In this document: positions 1-15,419 of the stretch, piece by piece | Position numbering within the stretch: the stretch's first letter is position 1 | How the letters are laid out: every line of letters begins with the position of its first letter | Assembly: GCA_000320545.1 (NCBI GenBank) | Contig: ADNK01003503.1 | Location: forward strand, 1 to 49,733 | Reading direction: 5' to 3' | Length of the DNA stretch: 49,733 bases | Origin: Bigelowiella natans CCMP2755 | Taxonomy: Eukaryota; Protista; Cercozoa | Notes under the pieces: model-generated | Seen by the model: only the letters and a program-made list of their open reading frames with translations | Told to the model about the DNA's origin: nothing | Databases searched by the model: none | Program-made: the position numbers and the translations under genes

Positions 1-3000
1 CGAAGTTGGAACCACCGTAAGAGCATACCAGTTCTACTTCATATGGTTCCGATTGCAATAAATCCTCCCAGCCCCATATCACCTGGTGTTGAGGCATTAC
101 CCACATCCATCTTGCGGTAGGAGCTGCTGCTGCTGCTCTTGCTGCTGCTGGATTACTAGACGATGGTGAAGATGGCATAAAAAATGTTCTTTTGGTTCTT
201 CTTGTCTGATGCTGCCGATGGTGTTTGATATACTGGCGAATCTTTATCGGAAATCGGGTATGATTTTCGATCATGTATGAAGATTCAGATAAAGGCTCAT
301 AATATACCACAACTTCTTGGGTGCTATCCAACTCGCAAATGTTGATTCGCATAACTCTTATATCAACTCCGTTGCTAATAGTTAGCACCTTATCTCCCAC
401 TTTGTCAAGGACAAATGGCTGCGAGATGAACCAAGATTCTGGTGCATTATTTTCAGATAATACTAAGCACACAAATTTATTCGATTTCGTATCTATCCAA
501 TACATAGGCGTTTGATCGCCGTGATGAAGCCATGGGTATTTGCTGTGAGGTGCTGCTTCTGATTTTATTTGTATTTTAGCTCCTGGTACGCCGCTTCTAA
601 TTACAACTCGCATACTAACTCCAATGATCTTGCTCGTGCTTAATATCCCTTTTCCCGCTCTCACAGAAACTACAATCTCCATCAGTGCATTGACTTTAGT
701 AGTCTTTGCCTCCTTCTCCAACTTATTTTGTTGATCAAGCTTTGCTGGGACAGCATCAAGCGGAGGAGGAGGAGGAGGAGGTTTTGTTGGCGAAGCCTGG
801 TGACTGCTATTTCCACTATGTGTGAAGTTATTACTATTTGTACAATAGTAATAGTTTGTGCTACTTCGGGGAGGAACACGATCATTGGGTAAAGATAACT
901 TTGTTTCAAGGTAAATTACACCATCACCAATAGCCTGATTCAGGTCTAAGGCATCAGAAAGAACAGACGCCTCCAACATCGTAAAGGGTAATGATAATGA
1001 AGGTGATGACTGTGGGGGTGGTGGCGGAAGTAACCGAATATGAATATGGTGAGAGATTCCTGATGGGAGGCTGGTGAAAAAGTAGTAGGAATAGCCTTTT
1101 TTCTGCTGCTTCTGCTGGTGCTGGTGGTGCTGGTGGTGCTGCTGCATATCTAAATCAGAGTGAACTGCAACCTGTCTACTGACTGCTGCCTTGTTATCAT
1201 CATCATTGTTATCATTAATATCATCAGAAGAATGGGCTACTGCAGTGGCAGCTACAGCATCAGCCGCATCTTCTCCCATTCCTTTATGCTGATCTCCTTG
1301 AAGCCCTACTAATTTACAAACTCTGGTGATAGATCTTCGCCTCCACTTGGCAAATGGTCCTCTGGACACCTTCCACGACGAATCCGAAGCCTTTTGATGT
1401 CGTGCATATTTCCATGAACTATCAATCTCAGTCTGACCATCCCATTGCCAAGGACCTGGAGGAAGTTTCAACTTTGCATGACTAACGGGGATCCATTCTT
1501 TCTTTCGCAAAACCTGTATGTAATGTGATGTAACCACACGCACCCATTGAACTCCGAAGCAGCAACAATAGTGACAACTACTATTATTGCTACTTCTATT
1601 GTTGCTTGATGATGATGATGATGACACTCCTGATGCTGACGTAGAAGATAAGATATCAGGAGTGCTAACAGGGTTTTGCGTTGCCAAGTGGTTTGTAAAA
1701 CTCTCAGCGGTCAGATTGGGACATGTTGTAGTTTGTAATCTGTAGTCGGTAGCTAGTGTCATGACAATCAACCCAGAATGAGTAATCTTCTGCTCTACAT
1801 TTACCAGTGCCTCCACAGCATCCTCCCCCTCCTCCTCGTTCCTCATTACTCCATGTCCAATGTTGCTGCTATTGCTTTTTCTCAATGCTTGTACTCTCCA
1901 TAATACGCGAGAGAGATTGCTTGTATTTTTTCTAATGCTTCTATCACCATTGTCACCGTAATAACCTTCTGATCTTCTCGATGAAGAATTAGAGGCAGAT
2001 GGTGACTTACTTCTAGATTGGCGTGGTGATGATTTCCTTGATGAAGAAGAAGGAAATGATGGGTAGTAGTCATGATGATGATAATGATCACGACAACTTA
2101 TCACTGGTATCCAAGGGGACCACTGCTGGGGTGGAAATCGCACCGCCACTCGTGCATCTTTATCATCTAACATGATACGGAATACGTCGCGCTGCTGTCC
2201 TGGTTTTATGCGTACTAAAGTTTGATGCTCTTGGTATGGCAATCGTATGCGTACTTCTATACTACGTGGTGTGTGGTTTCGAATGCGAAAAGGACTGTCA
2301 AGAACTAGCTCCTTACAAATGTACCATCCTTGGGATTTTCCTCTTTCTCTTCCACTTCCTCCTTTTCGGCTATTCGTAGCAGTTCTCAGCATCTTAAGAC
2401 TGGTCTTTGCAGTAGCATGCTTTCTCATAGAGGTACTACTCGCTCCTCCTCCTTCATGCATGTGATAGATACTACTTTCCCCATATGCGGTAGAAAATTC
2501 GACTTTGCCGTCTTGAGGAGACCCATTGCCGGTTTGAGACTTCTCAAGTTGGACATATTTTAAATGAGCTCTAAAAGTAAAAGCCGTGAGAGTTGGCATT
2601 TTTGCCAACTTTGAATCCATGGGGTCTTTGCTCATCAAATCACAAATCTTCCCTGTCATGTAAATTGTGTGCTGATTTGGATTGACACGATGACCAAGAT
2701 AACGACGTTTATGAAACGAAGCTGTAGCGTTGTCGTTCTCGTCATAACGTTGATAGCTGGTGGATTGCTGGGAAGATGATGAAGAAGAAGGATTAGGGGA
2801 AAAAGACATCCTCCTTTTACTGGCCGCTGCTTTAATCTTTTGATTGCGAATCTGCGTGAGATTTTCCCAATCCAATCGAGGACTTAACCACAAGTGATCC
2901 GACCACTGACCCGAGTAGTTGACACGTGAATGTGCTGCAGCAGATGGCAATGATGAAGATATTGACGATGATAATGATGATGATGATGATGATGTAGAAT

Positions 3001-6000
3001 TACGATGGCGCGTCGTCTCATTGCTCTCATCATACTTTGCCCTTTTTTTATCCTTCTGCTTTCTTATTGTGCGAACACGCACATTGTTCCAGTTTTGGAA
3101 ATGTATCGGAGCATATCCGACCTGGTGTGCCCCCACTTCCAGGTCGAAATACTTGCCCGGTAGGGAGGCACTTTCAAGCCTCACCACAACGCCTCTCGAA
3201 GATCTATTCTTAATGCAAAAGGTCGGTTTTATCGTGACGAGATGGGCACCTCTGCGTGATGTTATCTCCATCAACATGCTCCTTTGCCCGTGGGTTAGAG
3301 TCACAGGTACTAAAGGCAACAACGTCATTCCCACATCTCTCAATTTCATCCTTTGAATTGGCATGTATCCTTCCACTTGCATCGAAAAGTAGAAGTGTTT
3401 TTTTCCATACTGCTGTTGTAGTTTTGTACCTGTACTTAATGTGCCAATCGACCGTTTCCTGAACGAGTAATTACTGTTCTTACTCTCACGATCAGGCCCT
3501 CCTTCTCCTCCGCCTCCCAGCTTTTCATCTTCATTCACACTTTCCAATGGGGCTTCCAGACCATTTTCTAGTTGCATTGGATCAACTCCATTATACCAAA
3601 ACCACACTTTTTGTCCTGTGAGGTTCCTTATCACCCGTGTATGGAATCTACGTGCAGTGGGGATTAAAGTAGTAGTCTGGCGAATGGCACCATCTTGTCT
3701 GTGGTTATGTTTGAGGATATCTATCAACGAAATGACTGTGCTTATAAGCTGAGATTCTAGTCGTATGCGAATCTGTTTCTCGACTTTCATAGATAACGAC
3801 AGTATCATCAAAGGCCTTCGAGGATTGATGCTGCGAGGAGATGGAGGATCACGTGGTCCGCTGTCCCCCCTCCTTCCCGTCTTTGCTGCCCCACCATCAG
3901 AATGTACTACTTCCTGCTGGTGCTGTTCTATGATGATTGACACCGACCTTTTCAGCGTAAACTCAACCGAAAAAGCAGGCATCATGGGAGTCCACGACAC
4001 CCGCTTTGGATCATAGAAATCGGCAGCTATGTCAAGATGCGCTTTCAGCGCTTGTCCATCATAACCACCATCATTACTACCACTACCATCTAGGATGTTT
4101 TCTTCTTCTTTTTCTCCCCTTGTCGTCTTCGTCATTACCAACTCCCCTCCTTTAGCTTTAAAACCTGAGATCTTGGCTTGTAACAAAGGTATTCGATGAC
4201 CTGACCTGTCGTCAAGTAAAACCACCACCACTCCCTCAGAGATTATGGACATATATCGGTATATTACCAAAGGCGGAAGAGAAGAAGAAGGGGGAGACCT
4301 TCCTACACTGTCGTCATTATCGAGATTCTCGTTTATGCTGCTGTCAAGATGTTTCTCATCGACGTCGAATTTGCCTTTGTGACTTAAATTATTTGTATTA
4401 TCATATTCACTGTTTTGCTCAGAATCAACGCTAATCTGCGTAGCCTGCTGTATCTTTGAGTCGATAAATACATCATCTTCAAGCTCTTTATTTACTGAAA
4501 TACAACTACTTCCTCTTCTTCGCTTAGACTGAGCTCTAATGTGTGGGTCATATGCCCCCTTTCTATCAAGAGCAACTTCCATCTTGAGATTACTATCCCT
4601 TCTTCTGCTGCTGTTATCGATGATGCCTTCATCATTATCACCATCGTAGATATGGTGTCCATCTATCTCATCCTCACCATTATTGTTAGTGCTCGGCTTA
4701 GATTTTCCAGTAGTTCCTCCGAAGGCATTAGCCACTTTTAACATAATAAGCATGTTTTGGTATGACATTCTAATCTGCAACGACTGAGTGAAATTAGCCT
4801 CCACATAGCGTTCTATTTGTCCTCCTTTTGAGGTTGCTGCTGCTGCCGCCGATGATGATGGTGTAAACGCATCTCTGAGCACTAGATTCAAGGAGAAGGG
4901 ACTTACGAAGGAGAACGTACTTCCCATCCTACTCTCATGTTTAGCAATTTGGCGTGCATGGCACGTAAATACACGAGTATCAAATATGTCTAATACGGTG
5001 GATCCTGACCATACATCTTGATTTGAAGGTTTAAAATGATAATCGAGGCTACAAGAGAGTACCATAGCAAGACCTTCCGTAGTGTAAGGATCACTCAAGG
5101 CTACCATGCGAGCTCCACGAACATACATAATAATGCTTGTTCGGGCAACAACATTTACATCATCATCATCCTGCTGATGCTGCTGATGCTGCTGCTGGAT
5201 CAAATTAAGTCCTTCGCCATCAGTCAATGGCTTTAGATACTGTCTTATATCCGAATACAAATCTTCGAGAAGGAATCCACAGGGTTGATTCAGATCTATC
5301 TTAAAGGTATATTGAACCCTGCTATCATCGTTGATATCCCATGCTTGGAGGTATTCTAATACCACTTCACTCTTCTCGCAGCAGCGATTACTACTTTTGT
5401 TTTCCCCTGTTGCACTATAACCACCACCACCACCACCACCATCATCATCATTGTCATCGTCATCGCCACCCCCAATTATGTCATCCCAGGGACATAGCAG
5501 CTTTCTATACTTGAGTGGTACTGCTAACGCTCCTGATCGTGGTAATCTCTGATCTGTAACACTAACCGTTTTGAATGCAAAAGTATTGGAGGATCTACCT
5601 GGTTCCCATACATATCTCCATTGTAAACACTTCGACTCGATACTGGCTAATTGTTGGTAGTAGTAGCGGTAGAAATTATCACCATTGCCACCAGAGGCCG
5701 TCTGGCGTGCCCTGCTGTTTTTCGTTTTTGCCTCATCATCGTCGTCCTTCTGTAGCATATTGTCTTCATCAACTTTGTTGCTCCCCTTCTCCTCCTCCTC
5801 CTTATCCAGTAGCATTAATGACAACTCAGGAATTTCAAGCACAATCTCTCCAGCATGTGTAGCATACTTTGGATTTGCATACTTATACTCTACTCCCATT
5901 GAACTTGAGGAAGGAGCAGCAGCAGCACCAGCATCTTTTTCCTCAGAACTTGCTGCTGCTACATAATCGGCCTGGAGATTGAGATATAGCAGCCTAAGAA

Positions 6001-9000
6001 GTCTAATCAAATAAGGTTTACTTAGACGTAGAAAGACTTGCCGTCCTAGATTCTCATTATGGATATTCTCCTTGTCATCCTTCGCTTCCTCCTCATCCTT
6101 TATTATTTTGTGGATTAATCGTCCTTCTTCTTGTTTTTCTTCCGCAACTCCTCCTGTGATCTGGATCTCCGTTAATACCTGCGGTTCCTTGCCCTCAACC
6201 CACTCTAGAGCATTGAAACACATGCTTCTTACTACTCGCAACTTTAGATTATCCCCTAACTCACCCAAGGTTACGGAATTCGCATTGATATACGTACGCC
6301 ATATATCACGCGAAGACAAATTATCATCATACGGCCAGGTTGGTCCTTCCAAGTTAGGATTCGCTGCCGCAGCAGCAGCAGCAGCACCTTGTTTCTGTGC
6401 GGCGTAGTATCGAAGCTTTGCATTCTTCTCAAGGTCGTTCCAGATGTGGCAGTCACAAAGTGACATGACAACGTTCTCATCGACACTGCTTGAAACAACA
6501 GGCAATTTAAGAACAACGCGGCTAGCAGATATATCAAAAAGCTGTAAATGAAGCATTCTGTGCGAAATCTTCATTGTATCTCTGGCATAAGCGAAGACAG
6601 AACCTAAGATGCCCTGTGAGAAGTAGTCCCATAATTCCATCACAGGTTGATGTAAATACGTCACTTCAACCCCACGATCATCTCGCATGTGAAGTCCAAA
6701 TTTAGAATCATAACCGCAAGGAGGCCTTCGTTCCTCATCGGTGCGGATGTGCGACACACTCTCGAAATACACAGGATTTTGTCGCAGCAGCTGCTTCTGT
6801 GATATGCTCTCAGTATTAACCGAAATAGTGCTACTACGCCCCTCAAATTTTGTATCGATTGCATTTGTGTTGACAGTGGTGATGGAAGAGATATTCTTTG
6901 ATTCTTCTGTTTTCATCGTCGTTCCTGACTGCTTCTCATCCTTCGTGCTACTCTTCTTGTAATTATTATTATTATTGTTATACACGGCTAGTATCGTTTG
7001 GTTTGGACTGCCTTTTACACCGTGGATGAGAGACTCTAAAGCTACTGCTCCAATACCACCTTGGAACTTCCAGACCTTGGAGTATATATTGCGAATGAAT
7101 AAGAAATCAGTAGCTCTGAAACGTGCTAGAGCTCGTTTAGCTTTATTGAACACGATTTCAAATCGACCGACACAATATGACACATGCATCAAACACCGGC
7201 CGTCTTCGTCGTCGTCGTATTCGTCTGTACTTCTTTTTTTCTCATTTTCCTGCTTCATTTTTCCGGCGGCAGTATTGGTTGATGATGTTTCTTCTCGTTC
7301 CTTTTGTTGTTCAAAAACTCTGTATTTCTTCTCCCCCTCTTTCTCCCCTTCCTTTAGGCCATTCTTGTCGTTCTTCTTCTCCTTATTCTTTTCCGCATCC
7401 TGATTTCGCTGCTCATGTGCATTATCTTGATTTTGTTCTTGACGTCGTCGTGCTAACTTTTCTTTTTCTTCTTCATGATCACCGTCGTCACCAAATAGTA
7501 AGAACGACAATGTAGAGATAGTATCAGGATTCCATTGCAGCGCAAGTTGATCCATTTCAACCCACATATACATATCGCTTCTGCATGATGATGATGATGA
7601 TGCTAAGGACGCCTTCTCTTTTTGGTTATTGTTATATTCATATGCACCGTGGCATCGTTTTCGCGCCCACTTACGGCGTTTGGTTGTTTCTGGGCAATGA
7701 TTTGGAAAATAGAGGTATTGTATGGAAATAACTTGAGTATTGTGAGCACTCGTTTTTTCGTTCTTCTTCTTCTTCTTCTTCGCTAAGGAAGATGCAAATG
7801 ACGAGCCAAATGTAGAGGAGCGATGAGGGGAGAAGTGGTGATCGTAAGAGGATGCTAGAAAAAATTGGTCCGAGTCTGGTCCGTATTTATGATCCTTTAT
7901 TACCAATTCTTTCATGCAAACTTGCATATCCGATTCATCGTGCACCGTGTTTAGATATCGACCGCTAATTTCTGACCCAACTACACTGACAATAGGCTGA
8001 TATCGTCGCCGCAATAGCTGATCAATTGAGCTAGGATTGTTGCGGGAAGAAATAGTTGGCGGGGAGGAGGTTACTAGTGCTAAATAGTGCATTGTAAATG
8101 TACCATGAAGCCGCACGTTTAACTCAAAATGGACGTTTCTTTCATGTGCTGTGGCACTAGCATATGTGGTGATTCCTACCCATAAAACACATGAAATTTA
8201 TGAAAATAATCTAAATTTTATTTTATGGCAACGATGATGTTATATGACGTCCAAATAAGTTTCTGTGCGGTAGGGAATAGTTGTGATATATGCGATTAGA
8301 AAGATATGGAACGAAGTAGCTACATCATATTTTATGGATTATTTCCTCACAAAACTTGTAATAAATATTCGGGTTGTCTTTCGTTATTATCATCAACAAC
8401 ATCATCATTGAGTTGATTCTCACCTTTCTTTATCTCGTTTGCCTTTCTTGCACTAACCATAGCGACTTTGAGAATATCTGTCATCCAATATTGATATAAA
8501 CGAGAACCAATGCTCTCTGCCCATACCGCAGTCATGGAACAAATTTCCATTTGTGTCTTATTCCAACGATAATAATCATGATTTCGACTGTTCGCGTGAT
8601 TAATTCCTCGTTGTGTCCTTAAAACCAAGAGAGGACCTCTCTCCCTATCCTCCTCCTCCTCGCTCATCTCTTGCTTTTTTTTCGACCTGCTGCTGCTGCT
8701 GCTGGTGGTGGTGGTGGTGCTACATCTTCTAGTTCCTTTTTCAGAGACTACAAAGCTGTAGGGATCGATTTTCCTTTTGAAGATGACGATAGGCCTACTA
8801 TTTTGATTAATGTCCGTTGATGAAGTAGCGGTTATATCATGTACTACTAGGTTGGTATAGCTTATGAGCTGCTGCTGTTGTTGATTAGGGTTGTGGTGAT
8901 CTTCACCGTCGTCGTCTTTGCCATCGTCGTCGTCTTCTTCTTCATTGACGCAATTTGGTTGATCTCTAAGAGCTTTTGCCGCTACATGCGTGCCATGCTG

Positions 9001-11011
9001 TAACTGAATACCGACAATTTGCAACGATAACAGTTGAGTATTATTTTCACCACAGTAGGAGTATTGGTGCTGCTTATCTTGCTGGCCATCCTGATCATCC
9101 ATCTTCTTCATTTCATATTTTTCCAGCCACTGCTGCTGCTGCTGCTGCTGCTGCTTAATTAGATATATGTCTAACTCTTGCATATTGATCTGCAAGATTA
9201 GAGAAGACATTGCTCTGCTGCTGCTGCCAAGTGAGGAATGATGAGGCGGCGGGGGACTAATTCTTTCGTTGATATTGATTGTACCCTTCTTCTCTTTACG
9301 ATGACGATGATGATTATTATTAGGGCATGAGGAGGATGAGGAGGAGGACGAGGAAGCGACGTTATCTGGGACAGATAATCCTAATAAAGATACGTCAGTG
9401 GAGACTACAACATTGTTGTTGTCGTCATCGTCCTTGTCCTTGTCCTCGTCCTCTATTTTAATACCAAGACTGACGGCCTTACAGTAATACTCTGTAAGAT
9501 TCTGCACAAACACCGGGTTCCAAGCTATTGCCAGGGTGTGGCAATCGATATGAACAGCACTATCAACGCCTTCATACTTAGGACTATGGCGAGCAACAGT
9601 ATGCACTGTTGATGTTAGTAGTAGAGGTGAAGAAGAAGAAGAAGAAGAAGAAGAAGAAGAAGAAGAAGAAGAAACGATAATGTGCAACGGAGATTGTGGC
9701 CTGTAACGGGGATCTTTTGCTATGAGAGTTGACAACCGTATAATGTTGTTTGAGAATAATGGGTTAATCACCGAAGAATGTAACAATCGTGTAACAATCA
9801 GCGAAATCAACGCCGTTTTTCTCTGCTTTTGGTCAGCCTTCCTCTGGAGATCGCCATCATCATCATCAGTAGTGGTAGTAGTAGTTGTTGTTGTAGAAGT
9901 AGCAATATTAAAGTCTCCATCATCGTCACGAAGTAGGTTCACCGTTAGGGTGTTAATTACGAAAGAACCACGAAACAAGTCGCGTTGTTGATTTGTGCGC
10001 TCGTTTTCTTCTTTCAGCATTTGTGTGTGAAACCAGAAGTTTTCAATGTCTCTCATCTCATTGCAGTAGTTGGCCTCATTGGAGTCTCCTGCTTTCTTTT
10101 CCATTGTGCAATCATCATTTCCCCCAGTAATTGATCCACCGACTTTTTCATCGTCCTTGCCGCTCTCACCACCATTTGTTATTTCATTTGTTACGGCGTT
10201 GTTCCCGCTCTTGTTGTGATCGTTATTTTCACTAGTGGCATTTCTCTGATCTTTCTGCTGCAGTTTTATTTGCACGACTTTCTGCAGTTCAACAAATTTA
10301 GCCACTTGTCGCGCATAGGAATTTAGCACCCGATTACGCATCTCATTTATTCTATTTATTTTTATAAAAAACATTACAGGTGTTCCATAAGATACTAATC
10401 ATTTAAAACATGATCATCCAAATACACGATTAATATTGCGGAACTTCTCCAACAAACACCACCAGTTGTTACTGGACCGAATGATGCATGACAACGATGC
10501 ATGCTCACCATGACGGCGGTTACACAATATTATGCATTTCAAGAAACAAATGTTACAATAAACAAAAGAAACGAGTGAAGAAGGAAGACACTTTAGAGTA
10601 ATAACTACCACCACCTTAATATGGTCCCGAAAGCAGAGGGCGACAAATCAATTTTCAGGCTTTCCAACTCAGCAGACACGTCCAACTGTTATCCGTATTA
10701 ACGCCATAAAGCAAAGAAAATCACAGAAAAATGGAAAAGGTGTTAAGTGGAAGAAGGAAAAAATAACTATCAAATGATTGAAATGAGAACCCTTTTTCGA
10801 TTGTGACAAGAATTCATTTGGGATTTGGTGGTGTAACAACAATAAATACTCTCCCAATCTATACAAACAATGTAACAAATATATTCTTTGGTAGTGATGG
10901 TGGAGGTGAAAGACGTATTTTTATTTGCCAATTTGATTTTCTATAATCATCTCTTTATAATCCTCATTAGCCTAAAGCTATTTTCTACAATTGAGAGAGG
11001 GAGGAAGGGAG

Positions 11012-11048
<37 letters not shown>

Positions 11049-13715
11049 TATTCCCTTATCATGTTCGATGAAACATTATTACCTGGCTTATGTCTAAAGC
11101 ACTTTTCTGGTTGCACGATTCAATGGTGATACTTATGTTAAATTCGTGAATAATTTGTAGAGGAGTATGACGTTGCGGAGCTGCAACTGCTGTGGTAGTA
11201 TTTGGAGAAGTGATACTAGCGTTGGAAATGGGAGAACTAGAAGCATCTATATCTTTTATTTTGTATTCTCCTTGAAGAAAAGATTTAGAAGATTCCTTTA
11301 GGTAGTTCTTAAAATTCTGTAACATACGCATTTGCGCTTGCTTGATAGTTAACTTGTAGATTCCAATTTTGGCATGGTAGGAGGAGGAGGAGGAGGAGGA
11401 GGAGGAGGAGGGGGAGGAGGAGGAAGGGGAGGAGTGGGAGGAGGAGCGTTGGTGGGGAGGTGTTTTGGATGATGATGAAGAAACTATTTCAACTTCGTCG
11501 TCGTCTTTAATGAGTACAGTCTTTACAGTTAAATTTCCCAAGTCTGTGACAAGAATAGGGGTCGATTCCAAAGATTCATCGCATGGAAGGACTAGTCGAG
11601 GAGAATCAATGCGTATAAATATCAATCGAGATGAACTATGATGACCCCGAGAAGATGATGATAGAGACTCTAGTATATCTGCTTGTCGTTGTTGCTGCCA
11701 TGAAGACCAGCGTGTTTGTGCCGCCTTACCAGCTTTTGCTCCAATGACTGATGCTTCTAAGAAAAAATAATGGAAAGAAAAGGAAACAAAAACAAGAATA
11801 TAAGTAAATTGACACTATGAACAAAAATAGTGGTTATTATCTAGTAAGAAAGATGAGTTGGCAGATGCAACGTAAAGTAGTTTTTTCATCATATATTCAT
11901 CGACACTCATTTCTAGGAAAAACAAGAATCAGAGTAGGGAGGAAGAAGGATAATTATTGAGCATAAAACAAGAATCAAACACACAGTAGCAACCCATTGT
12001 AGCGGGACAACAACTACATTTGCATAATATGGGAACTCTTCCTCCTTCTTCTTCTTCTTCTTCTACAACTACTACTACTACTACTACTACTACTACCTTG
12101 AAGAAACCTGTAGAGTACACACCACCACAAAGGTTTATAGACTATCGTAATTTGCCGCATTTTCATTACAAATTCCAGCCTCACTAGTCCATTTATGGGT
12201 GTTTGTTTACGGTCTTCGTCGTTAACTTCACCATAGTCAGAAGTATTATCAGCTTCTTTTTTTCTTTCACCTTCTGCTTGTTTCTTCATTTCCTTCTTCT
12301 CCTCTTCAACGTAGCCACCCCACTCAGCTCCACGTCTAATTAGATCAATGTATAGTAGTTCTTGTCCTGACGATAAGCCTTTTTTACTACTTTCACCCAA
12401 CTCTTCTCGCCAGCCTCGAGGCTTTCTTGTTATTTTCTCCTCCTCTTCCTCCTGCTGATGTTCTTCCTCGATTCTATCTTTTTCTTTGTCTTTCTCCATT
12501 ATTTTTGTTTCATTGGTAGTATTCTTCCTTTCAGAATTAAGATGCCGTGATCTAGTTTCCCTTCTCATCGGATTTTTATCGGTAAACATCTTGGTTCCTG
12601 GAAAGATCAGCTTAGGGTACAAAGAATTCTTAACTATTTGATCTACAACAGCTAAGTGAGAGACTCCTAATCTTAGTCTTCTTGACCCGATCTGATCTTG
12701 GAGGAGGCATGAGGCAGATATTTCCATACTACCAACACAAGTGCTGTCATCATCACTACGTTGCAGACTCAAGTGAGCATCATGTAGACGAATGAATAGC
12801 TTCAAATTCATGAAACCGACTGGAAGCTAAGAATAGTCAGCAATAGTAGTAGAGGAGAACGAGGAGAAGGAGGAGGCGGCAAAGTAGAAGTAGTGGTAGT
12901 AGCCAAAAAGAAGGAGAAAAAATCATTCAACACAATTTTTGTCACTTTATATTTTCAATGTGGGTTCATCGAATATTAAGATCAATGTTTTAATCATCGT
13001 ATCATTTGTTTAACAAGCTGATAAATTGTTGCTACTGTCCTAATTAACAACGGTGGCGACGACGACTAGTCTATGTTGAAGTCCAATCATACTTTCGGTA
13101 ATAGTAATGGTGGTTCTTTTATCTATGTATCTTATTTCTCTCAACCATCATCCACCCCCTATCTATTTCTTTATACTGCTTCCACCGCTTCTATTATTAT
13201 TATATCTGTGACACATACCTTGGAACTTTGAATCGTGTCCTCAAGATCTATAGTCCTATACAACTCAAGCCGCTTATGAAGGATCAGCGGGAAAAAGAAA
13301 CAATTGCAAAAGATGATGATATTTTAGTACACTTTTTACCAACACACAAACACCCAAACACACACAATAAAGCGAACATAAAAATGTTTACTTATGTATT
13401 AGATATAAAAAATGTCTAAATGTCTAAATTTCAATATTTTGTAAGTATGAAGTGTAATCCACACCACCTATAAACAATCCCTAATGCTGTTCTCTATACG
13501 CACGCACACACATACACACACACACACACGCGCGCTTGCTTGCTTGCTTGGTTAGTTTTTCTTAATACTCATAACTTGCTCAGCACACCCACCTCTTCTG
13601 ATGTAAGTTCAAATTTTCCAGCCCAAATGTAAGTTTGGGCCCTTTGTTTCGACTCCGCCTCCACTTCAACCCGTGCAAGTTTTCGAAAGTAAATTATAGC
13701 CTCAGCCTATGTGTA

Positions 13716-13752
<37 letters not shown>

Positions 13753-13860
13753 TTGTAATTAACGTGGAGAATCTAATGGTTCTCATATTTTATGTTCCCC
13801 CAGTACACACGTTCCCGGTGTATTATTCCAAAATAGTAGTGCTTAACACTGCTGGACATA

Positions 13861-13894
<34 letters not shown>

Positions 13895-15378
13895 TACAGT
13901 TAGTTCCTCTTCAATCGCCTCGAGCTTGTTCTTTTCCTCTATGGTTAAATCCGCCAACCAAGAAGCTTCCTTGCGCCGGAACAACTCAACATAATTCCTA
14001 TGATGAGACAGATGAGTGATGCAGCAGTAGTAGCTAATTATCCAATGCGGATATTGTTGTTTTCGATGTTGTTATTGTTGTTGTCATCATTGATCGTCAC
14101 ATGTGGGTGACTGGTTTAGTATTTGCCGCTGCTACTTGAACTTTTGCGATGATATTGATGATATTGATGATGATGATGACGACGATGATGGTAATGATGA
14201 TGAAAGAAGATAGCTATACGAATAGAAAATGCAGACCTTTTTTGGTCAAAGAAAGTGTCATAATTGACACGTTTTCTTCGAAATTTGCCGGATATAGACC
14301 CATCTGAGTTGCGTGGTGAGCGAGCAGCGATCATCAAACGTACGGATTCGGTCGCATACTTCCACCACTGTCTTGATCGCAGTCTTGTCATGCTTATGTA
14401 CCATTCTCTTGTTCTTTCTTTGTCTACGGCAATATCTGGTGGAGGAAGGGGCAGCATTTTGGGTGGCCGAAGAGAGCCAACGCTGCCACCAGAAGCAGCA
14501 GCGGGTAATGATGATGAAGGAGTTTGATGATTTGGATTTCTCAGCACAGTCGTCACTTGATGGTGCAGACGCATCTTTGATATTCCAGATATTACTTGAG
14601 AAATATCGCGAAGCTGATAATTTTTTAATAATATGCACATATAAGCTTATGGCAGCTTAATAATGAATGCGTATTGTTATTCTATCGTGGCTCCTCCTCC
14701 TCCTCTTCCTCCTCGTTTAGCAGTCTATTATCTAGCATGTAGTTCACGGGGGGCAGCAGCAGCATTAGCAGTCTATTATCTAGCATGTAGTAGTTCACGG
14801 GCAGCACCAGCACCACCACCACCACCACCTGATCTTGAGTGAGAGATATTTTGAGGTTGTAGAGATCTATGGTAATATCACGCCGTGGTTGTGACAAATC
14901 ACGTAATGCAACCTGAATAGAAGTACAAAATAGCGAAGAATACTATCATTTTACGTCTGGTACTACTGTGAAAACAAGAACAACTCCCGAAAACAAACCT
15001 GCATCAGAAGTTTTGCTTGTAGATTGAGAGGATGAAGGATATAACAGAGTTTTGGCAATGTTCCTTCAGAAGATGACCTTTGTTGTTGCGGGATTGTAGT
15101 ATAAAGTCCTGATTTTACATACCCACCCTCCCTGCCCTCCTCCTCCTCCTCCTCCTCCTCCTCCTTTGCCACTTCTTTTTCTTCTTCTTCTTCTTCTTCT
15201 TCTTCTTCTTCTTCTTGTAATTCTTCTTCAAATATGCTGACAAGCCGCTCGACAGTCCAGTCAGCATCGTCTGTCGGCTAACATACACACAAACACAATA
15301 GGGGATATTCGCTTGTATCACACTGTCGGTTAGCTAGAAATTGATTGACATCTCTCTCTCTCTCCCTATCTCTCTCTT

Positions 15379-15419
<41 letters not shown>

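Noticed and set aside
321-7515. Short plus-strand ORFs over VPS13
   Set aside because: Antisense shadows of the long low-complexity VPS13 exon.
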